The notes under the pieces were generated by a model. That model saw only the letters and a list, made by a program, of their open reading frames with translations, was not told the DNA's origin and searched no databases. From Laetmonice hystrix (Eukaryota), in NCBI GenBank assembly GCA_965235115.1, contig OZ249436.1, positions 124,001 through 188,000 of the forward strand: a stretch of 64,000 nt of DNA, given 5' to 3'. Positions 12,335 to 64,000 of this stretch are shown here, one piece after another; position 1 is the first letter of the stretch; each line of letters opens with the position of its first letter. Made by a program: the position numbers and the translations under genes.

Positions 12335-15300
12335 TTTTTTTTTTTTTTTTTTTATTGAGCATCTTTATACAGGATTACCTACTCGGCTGAGAGCCGTCAT
12401 GAAAGCGGGGTCCTGTGATCACATCATCCGACATATGTACAACATGTTTTATATTACACGGTGAGGTAGAAAGACAAAAGTGAATACAATTCATGGATTA
12501 AAATAAGCGTATTGAGATCACAGAAAACTAACACTACATCACATTATATATCACAGAAAAACTAATACTACATCACATCATATATCATGTACTTCACACA
12601 GGTAAGTTCACGGTAGTTACTTTTGTTAACTCCTTTCACCAGGAGTTCCTTTCTATGTTATTGTCTGATAGAAACATTTTTATGTAATAAATTTTGATTT
12701 GGTTTTTGAAGCAGTCATATTGATTAATGTTTCTTATGTGTGACGGGAGGCTATTCCATAACGTTGGTTTGGTATAACAGTTGGACTTTTTGAATAGTTC
12801 AGATTTGGGTAACGGGACATGGAGGGAGATGGCATCGTGGGTTCTAGTTCGGATGTCTCTGTTGTCCGTTTGTGCCTGTCTTTCTGCTATCTCCTTGAAG
12901 GTAATTTTCTGAAGCATCATTAGTCTTCGATATTTGCAAGGGAGGATTTTTGCTTCTATGTGGAGGTCAACGGTGTTGTATAGAATGCTTTTATCTAGGG
13001 CGATCTTTAGCCCTCTGTTCTGAATCACTTGTAGCCTTCGTTGGTCACCTTCACTACAAGTTCCATTAAAGATACTCCCGTGTTCGATATACGGAAGGAT
13101 CATTGACTTGAATACTGTTAGAGCGGTATGGGTATTGATGAACTGTCTTATTTTTGACAACATATAAACTTTGTGCCCTGTTTTTTTAATACTATTTTTG
13201 ATGTGTGCATTAAATTGAAGCTTGCTATCCATAACTATGCCGAGGTACTTGAAGGTTGATACTGGTTCAAGATTTACTCCATTTACCTGTACCAGTGGCA
13301 GCTCTTCGTCACAACGTGTGTTTTTGTTGAAAATCATGTATTTCGTTTTGTCTAGGTTAACTGTTAACTTATTGGCATTGAACCATTCCGTTAATTTAGA
13401 CATGTCATTTTTGATTTGTGATACAACTTCGCTCAGTACTTTACCATGGGCCACTAAGGCGGTGTCATCGGCAAATGTGTTCAGGTCAGATATGATTTTG
13501 CAGTCCATGATATCGTTTACATACAGTAAGTAGATAAGAGGTCCTAAAACACTACCTTGTGGGATCCCATAGTTAATAGTTTTACAGTCTGAGTTTATGT
13601 CACCATTTCTAACATACTGTTGTCTATCCCTTAAGTATTCCACTATCCATTTTTTACAATGGCCTGTGATTCCAACTTTTTCAAGTTTCTTACATAAGAT
13701 GTTGTGGTTAACACAATTAAAAGCCTTGGAGAGGTCTAGGAATACTGCTATACTATAATCGCCATCATTTTTGTACTCGAATAGCTTGTTTGTGATATTG
13801 TTCACTGCCCTTATAGTTGATTTCCCCTTTCTGAAGCCATGTTGGTGTTCGAAAAATAGTTTGTTGCTTTCCATGTAGTTGTAAATTCCATTATTTACAT
13901 ATTTTTCTAGTATTTTAGCTGGGAGTGGTATGTTCGATATGGGGCGCAGATTGTTCATAAGGGAAGTGTCTCCCTTTTTGGGGATTGGGGTGACCTTGGA
14001 TACCTTGAAGCTGGTGGGTATTTGTGCGTTTTTTAGTGAAAAGTTGTAGAATTTGGTTATGATCTCAGGGATACATTTGAATGCATCAAGTAACATTCGA
14101 GTACTAATCTCTTGTATCCCGGATGATTTTGTCAAGGGAAGGCACTTAATAGTTTTTAATAGATCGTCTTCAGTTAGCTCTTCAAATGTAGAGAGGTTGG
14201 TGCTACATGAGACGTCCAAATCATGATCAGTACTGCTCCAGGGTAGTTTGTCAGCGAGATCCTTACCTATATTTATGAAGTAGTCATTTATTAAGTCATT
14301 AGCATCTTTGCCTGTGGCAGGCCTTTCCGTCAAGGGGTTGTAGATGGCATCTATAGTTTTTCTTTTCATTTCGGGTATCAATGTTTTTATCTCCTTCCAA
14401 AATTTGTTTTGGTCCTTTTCGTGTTCTTTTAGTTTTGACAATGTATAATTTTGCTTTGCTTCCTTCACCATCTTGTTGTAGAGTTTACGTGCATGCGCTG
14501 CCCTGTCATAACTAGCTTGTGATTTGGATCTCTTGTAAATTTTAAATAGAGTATCCCTATTAATTTCAAATTCCAGTAGTTCCCTGGTCATCCATTCAGG
14601 TTTGTTTGTTGTTATTCTGAACTTTTTGTATGGACACATGCGATTTACTTCATACTCTATTGCTTTGTAGATCATGTTCCACATATCATCTATATTGTCC
14701 AGAATATGAAATACAGACCAGTCCAGATGTTTTAAATTCATTTGTAACTGGTTTTTATCATAGTTTTTATAACATCGACTTTGAATGTAGGTTTTTTCTC
14801 TATTTACACTTTTCCTTTTTTTTATTACATATATGGGCAGGTGATCACTAACATTATATTCAATGCATCCTGAGGCATAAATATTACCTATATTTGTAAA
14901 AATGAGGTCGATCAAAGAGTCGCCTTGTCGACTTATCCTGGTATTATTCTGAATTAGTTGTTTCAAACTGAATTCATCCTCTATTGTCATCAATAGTTTG
15001 TGTGTGTCTGCATGAGTGTTAAGGTAATTCATATTCAGGTCACCTAAAATTACGATTTCACACCTCCTCCAATTTGTTGTTCGGTTTAGACAATCTTTTA
15101 TGGTGCTTATTGCATTTGCAGCGTTTCCGTTAGGTGGTCTGTAACAATTTAGTAGAATTATTTTCTTTGCATTCTGACCTAATAACAAAATGGCTTGCAT
15201 TTCGATATCACTGTCAGATACTTCACTTATTATTTCGTATTTGATTTCATTCCTCAGGAATATGCAGGTACCACCCCCTCTTTTGATTTTACGGTCATTC

Positions 15301-15908
15301 CTAATCAGGTTGTAGTTTGGTATCTGGGTGAGTTCCAAAATTAATTCGGGTTTAAACCAGGTTTCGGTGAAACAGAGGACATTGGAGTGTGGAGCAAAAT
15401 TTAGCTTGATGCTGTCTAGCTTTGCCAGCAGGCTTCTGGCGTTCAGGTGGACAATTTTAAACCCTTTTAATTTGGAGAAGTCATTGACTGTGATGTTCGG
15501 TGAGTCAGCATTGATTTTAAACGCATTTTCACTATTTTTGACCCCAGAGTAACTGGGATGACTTTTTGACTCAGGATCACCATCGACATAGTTGTTAATA
15601 TTAAATTTAGTGTTATTATTTATGTGACTGTTTGGTTCACAGTCCACTTGATTGTTCTTGTTATGCCTAGAGTCCCCATTAAGGCGACTACCTTGCTCAC
15701 CATCTATACAGTTGTTATCAGTACATTCACTATTAGTCCTTGGGTCACACTCATCACACCTATTACTATTTGACTCTGAGTCTCCTTTGGCACAGTTATT
15801 ACTGTTTTGCTCAGGGTCTTCATCAGCATGATTAGAATTACTGTCATAATAGTCTTTGAGTTTCATTGTTTCAAGGAGGAGTAAAGTGTCATTTTCAAGT
15901 AAGCAGTG
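12335..15908 (-). mobile_element. Second LINE (CR1/L2-like, different family), minus strand, 5'-truncated, poly(A)-tailed
   Basis: Poly-T at 12333-12353 runs into TTTATT, i.e. AATAAA + poly(A) on the minus strand. APE-RT ORF is intact. GATT at 12331-12334 and 15909-15912 is a possible short TSD. Confidence 0.95.
12636..15866 (-). CDS. LINE ORF2: AP endonuclease + reverse transcriptase
   Basis: Motifs VHLNARSL, FTETW, ILGDLN, SDHLPI, NLRPISN, DLSKAFN, GIPQGSVLGPL and FADD. First element-encoded ATG is at 15866; the track's start at 15971 lies in satellite. Confidence 0.96.
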   Translation of the reverse strand: MKLKDYYDSNSNHADEDPEQNSNNCAKGDSESNSNRCDECDPRTNSECTDNNCIDGEQGSRLNGDSRHNKNNQVDCEPNSHINNNTKFNINNYVDGDPESKSHPSYSGVKNSENAFKINADSPNITVNDFSKLKGFKIVHLNARSLLAKLDSIKLNFAPHSNVLCFTETWFKPELILELTQIPNYNLIRNDRKIKRGGGTCIFLRNEIKYEIISEVSDSDIEMQAILLLGQNAKKIILLNCYRPPNGNAANAISTIKDCLNRTTNWRRCEIVILGDLNMNYLNTHADTHKLLMTIEDEFSLKQLIQNNTRISRQGDSLIDLIFTNIGNIYASGCIEYNVSDHLPIYVIKKRKSVNREKTYIQSRCYKNYDKNQLQMNLKHLDWSVFHILDNIDDMWNMIYKAIEYEVNRMCPYKKFRITTNKPEWMTRELLEFEINRDTLFKIYKRSKSQASYDRAAHARKLYNKMVKEAKQNYTLSKLKEHEKDQNKFWKEIKTLIPEMKRKTIDAIYNPLTERPATGKDANDLINDYFINIGKDLADKLPWSSTDHDLDVSCSTNLSTFEELTEDDLLKTIKCLPLTKSSGIQEISTRMLLDAFKCIPEIITKFYNFSLKNAQIPTSFKVSKVTPIPKKGDTSLMNNLRPISNIPLPAKILEKYVNNGIYNYMESNKLFFEHQHGFRKGKSTIRAVNNITNKLFEYKNDGDYSIAVFLDLSKAFNCVNHNILCKKLEKVGITGHCKKWIVEYLRDRQQYVRNGDINSDCKTINYGIPQGSVLGPLIYLLYVNDIMDCKIISDLNTFADDTALVAHGKVLSEVVSQIKNDMSKLTEWFNANKLTVNLDKTKYMIFNKNTRCDEELPLVQVNGVNLEPVSTFKYLGIVMDSKLQFNAHIKNSIKKTGHKVYMLSKIRQFINTHTALTVFKSMILPYIEHGSIFNGTCSEGDQRRLQVIQNRGLKIALDKSILYNTVDLHIEAKILPCKYRRLMMLQKITFKEIAERQAQTDNRDIRTRTHDAISLHVPLPKSELFKKSNCYTKPTLWNSLPSHIRNINQYDCFKNQIKIYYIKMFLSDNNIERNSW

Positions 15909-17345
15909 GATTGGGGGGGGCAAGGTCTGGAAGCTATTGATAGATGGGGGGGGCCAAGGTCTGGAAGCCATTGATAGATTGGGGGGGGGGGCAAGGTCTG
16001 GAAGCTATTGATAGATGGGGGGGGGGGGGCAAGGTCGGGAAGCCATTGATAGATTGGGGGGGGGGCAAGGTCTGGAAGCCATTGATAGATGGGGGGGGCA
16101 AGGTCTGGAAGCTATTGATAGATGGGGGAGCAAGGTCGGGAAGCCATTGATAGATTGGGGGGGGGGGCAAGGTCTGGAAGCCATTGATAGATGGGGGGGC
16201 AAGGTCTGGAAGCTATTGATAGATGGGGGGGCAAGGTCGGGAAGCCATTGATAGATTGGGGGGGGGGCAAGGTCTGGAAGCCATTGATAGATGGGGGGGG
16301 GGGCAAGGTCTGGAAGCTATTGATAGATGGGGGGGGGGGCAAGGTCTGGAAGCTATTGATAGATGGGGGGGGCAAGGTCGGGAAGCCATTGATAGATTGG
16401 GGGGGGCAAGGTCTGGAAGCCATTGATAGATGGGGGGGGGGCAAGGTCTGGAAGCCATTGATAGATGGGGGGGGCAAGGTCTGGAAGCCATTGATAGATG
16501 GGGGGGCAAGGTCTGGAAGCTATTGATAGATGGGGGGGGGGCAAGGTCGGGAAGCTATTGATAGATGGGGGGGGTGGGCAAGGTCGGGAAGCTATTGATA
16601 GATGGGGGGGCAAGGTCTGGAAGCTATTGATAGATGGGGGGGGGCAAGGTCGGGAAGCTATTGATAGATGGGGGGGGGGGGCAAGGTCGGGAGGCTATTG
16701 ATAGATGGGGGGGGAGGTCGGAAAGCTATTGATAGATGGGGGGGGGGGGGCAAGGTCGGGAGGCTATTGATAGATGGGGGGGGCAAGGTCTGGAAGCCAT
16801 TGATAGATGGGGGGGGGGGGGGCAAGGTCGGGAGGCTATTGATAGATGGGGGGGGAGGTCGGAAAGCTATTGATAGATTGGGGGGGGGGGGGAGGTCGGA
16901 AAGCTATTGATAGATGGGGGGGGGGGCAAGGTCTGAAAGCTATTGATAGATGGGGGGGGCAAGGTCTGGAAGCTTTTGATAGATGGGGGGGGGGCAAGGT
17001 CTGGAAGCTATTGATAGATGGGGGGGGCAAGGTCGGGGAGCCATTGATAGATGGTGGGGGGGCAAGGTTGGGAAGCCATTGATAGATGGTGGGGTGGGGG
17101 GGGGGGGTAAGGTCGGGGAGCCATTGATAGATGGGGGAGGGGGTAAGGTCGGGAAGCTATTGATAGTTGGAGGGGGCGGAAGATATTAATGGTTGGAGGG
17201 GGCAAGGTCCGGTAGCTCTTGATAGTGGGGGGGGCGGAAGTTGTTGATATTGGGGGGGGGGGGCCGGAAGCTATTGATAGTTGAGGGGGGGGGGGCAAGG
17301 TTGGGAAGCTACTGATAGTTGGAGGGGAAGCCTATATCTTGATAG
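15909..17345 (+). repeat. G-rich satellite array, segment 3, with a degenerating right edge
   Basis: Same unit. Copies become progressively diverged after ~17090. Confidence 0.95.
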
Positions 17346-17942
17346 GAGCAGATCTAGATATTAGGGGGGCATGCCCCCCGACCCCCCTTTTCGGACACCC
17401 CTGTGTGACGTAACAAGCCGTGAAGATCAAAGGCAAGACACAGGGAATTTGAAAAAAATGTGTGGTCACCACCCAACGGGTACTATCTCCTACACCACTA
17501 AATAAAACATAAATTAGTACACAGTTGTGACAGTGCTTATGAAAACAATAGGCCTTAATTACAAGCTAAGCAATAAATACCTGTCTAAAAGTTCCATTAT
17601 CTGTTCTTCTATCAACCCTTTACGGGTAAAGACAGGGCATTGCCCCACTGACATGCCATGCATGCTGCCCTGTGTTCAACCATGTTGTCAAGTGAATAGG
17701 TCACATGACCCCAACCAGCAATATAATTTGTTGAACTGGACATAGAACCATGTGACATAAAATGAAGTGTAAATTTGCAGATAGGACTAAGTGGTTCTCG
17801 TTTATCTTCTAAATGCATGCACCTACATTGTAGAACGCCTATGCAACATAGAATCTTAAGGTCTTTTAATGTTGGAATTTCATTTTTTTTTAAAGTGGAC
17901 ATAGACCTAGTTAACCCTCGGCCCACGACTTGTCGCCGGGGA

Positions 17943-18073
17943 AATAAACTATCCACCGCGGAAAAAATATTTCCTCCGAGGAGAAAACTTTTCTCCGCTA
18001 AATTATACTTTTCTTCGCGGAATTATACATTTCTCCTCGGAGGAAGTACTTTTTTCCGCGGTGGAAAGTTTAT
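17943..18073. repeat. Imperfect inverted repeat (MITE-like hairpin)
   Basis: ATAAACTATCCACCGCGGAAAAAATATTTCCTCCGAGGAGAAA pairs with TTTCTCCTCGGAGGAAGTACTTTTTTCCGCGGTGGAAAGTTTAT. Confidence 0.7.
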
Positions 18074-18620
18074 CATGGGTATCAGGCGGTACATTAAATT
18101 TGCGTATTAGACTTGTATTCATTCGTGAACGTGTGACCGGGGACGGCGCCGTACCGATGGAGCTAGTGCCGCTGGATCCCATTTATCGAAAGGTGGGGGG
18201 GAAAAGGACACGGAAATATTGCGGCCAGACGGACCGGTGTTCGAGGGCTTTTACACTCAATACTATGTAAGAGATTCACTTCAGTAGCAGTGACGACCGT
18301 CACAATCGACCTGTATAATTGTATGCCTCTGGGCAGGAGAATATAACATCCGATACACCATAGACCGAATGAGAACATTCATGCTAAAAAATTGTCACCA
18401 AGTAATACGTGGTGAGAATTGGTCCTCGAGATACGTTACGTAAAATGATGACAGGAACGCCTGGCCTGTTCACGTCACTGATTGAAGGGAAATCCGAACA
18501 ACTGTAACCGGGTACACTTGTTTTGTTAGGCCTACAGTGTCTCTATGTTTGCATTATGTAGAACTTTTTAATCGAATTTTACAACTGGAGCAAAAATGTA
18601 TCATTAACTGTGATATTACT

Positions 18621-18763
18621 AGAGAGAGAGACAGAGATAGAGACAGACAAAGACAGGCAGACAGAGGGAGAGACATAGATACACATAGAGAGGGAGAGAG
18701 GGAGAGAGGGAGAGAGGAGAGACATGAGACAGAGAGAGAGAAGGAGAGAGAACGGAGAGCTTC

Positions 18764-18829
<66 letters not shown>

Positions 18830-18840
18830 GGAGAGGAGAG
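18621..18840 (+). repeat. (GA)n-rich microsatellite
   Basis: Imperfect GA tract, pure over ~18766-18827, about 0.5 kb upstream of the EGF gene start. Confidence 0.95.
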
Positions 18841-19148
18841 CGCCCCCAGCCCACCCTTAATTAATACGCCACCACAATCCTAAACTAGTTTGCCTTTATT
18901 TACCCACTACTAGAAACCGAAAACTAAATTCGACAGTTACAGATAATGTGACCCGGTTGCTTTGATAAAGAACATCGATAGAGTAGAGGGTGAGGGTGGG
19001 TGGGTCTTAAAAGTTCTTGTTGAGATGGTGAATGGGAGGGTAGAGCTGTGAGAAACAGTGTGGAGGTTGAGATCGAAGTGGCCATTGCTCCAAGGTATCG
19101 GTGTCGTGGAGGCCAGCGTCACTAGGAGCGTTCAGATAACGAGCTCTG

Positions 19149-19280
19149 ATTGGCTAGTACAAAATGCACATGTCCGAGTGACGGTGAGGCAATTGATTGT
19201 GACAGCTGCTAAATTATAGTCAATTTCAAATAAATTCATTATGGGTTTATATAGGCATCAATCTCTAGCTTTTGTTAGTA
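19149..19280 (+). promoter_or_regulatory. Putative Pol II core promoter of the EGF-repeat gene
   Basis: Inverted CCAAT (ATTGG at 19149-19153), TATATAG at 19248-19254, and an Inr-like TTAGT whose A (19277) is 29 nt after the TATA start and 31 nt before the ATG. Confidence 0.6.
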
Positions 19281-19307
19281 CAGACTGAGGACTGACATAG
19301 GACTGGC

Positions 19308-63595
<44,288 letters not shown>

Positions 63596-63605
<10 letters not shown>

Positions 63606-64000
63606 GTAGGTCCATACCTCGTGCCTATAACAACCTTTTACATTATATACTGGCACACTCTGCCAAACAAGTAGGTCCATACCTCGTGCCTACAACAACC
63701 TTTTACATTATATACTGGCACACTCTGCCAAACAAGTAGGTCCATGATACATCGTGCCTATAACAACCTTTTACATTATATACTGGCACACTCTGCCAAA
63801 CAAGTAGGTCCATGATACATCGTGCCTATAACAACCTTTTACATTGTATACTGGCACACTCTGACATACAAGTAGGTCCATGATACATCGTGCCTATAAC
63901 AACCTTTTACATTGTATACTGGCACACTCTGACATACAAGTAGGTCCATGATACATCGTGCCTATAACAACCTTTTACATTGTATACTGGCACACTCTGA
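63596..64000 (+). repeat. 65-70 bp donor-containing minisatellite, same family as 48167-48698
   Basis: Repeated TGCCAAACAA|GTAGGTCCAT...TACTGGCACACTC running to the window end. Confidence 0.95.

Noticed and set aside
1..17345. Dozens of short Gly- or Pro-rich ORFs
   Set aside because: They are translations of the satellite, with frames shifting at every G run.
1..17345. CRISPR-like array (25-bp constant repeat with variable gaps)
   Set aside because: The gaps are only G homopolymers with no unique spacers, there are no cas genes, and the context is eukaryotic.

Overview
Eukaryotic genomic DNA, most likely from an invertebrate animal (inferred from GT-AG introns, TTAGGG-like tracts and the TE types). 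Bases 1-17.3 kb are a G-rich satellite (25-bp core CAAGGTCTGGAAGCTATTGATAGAT plus a variable G run). It is interrupted by two different, ORF2-intact, 5'-truncated APE-RT LINEs that sit at nearly the same position of the repeat unit on opposite strands. From 19.3 kb to the window end runs one + strand gene for a signal-peptide-bearing tandem EGF-like (mostly Ca-binding type) protein. It has a TATA/Inr promoter, a signal-peptide exon, 15 intact phase 1-1 single-EGF exons and one broken pseudo-exon, and it continues beyond the window. Its introns hold many 12-87 bp tandem arrays, MITEs (Harbinger-, Kolobok- and hAT-like), Helentron-like non-autonomous elements with nested LINE and DIRS/Ngaro relics, and short telomere-like tracts. 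The most unusual signal is that several minisatellites are amplified copies of the gene's own splice junctions. The clearest case is a 29-copy, indel-free, stop-free acceptor array in front of the first EGF exon, in which every third acceptor is in frame. All of this was read by eye; TE family names are inferences from terminal structure and protein motifs, not database hits.
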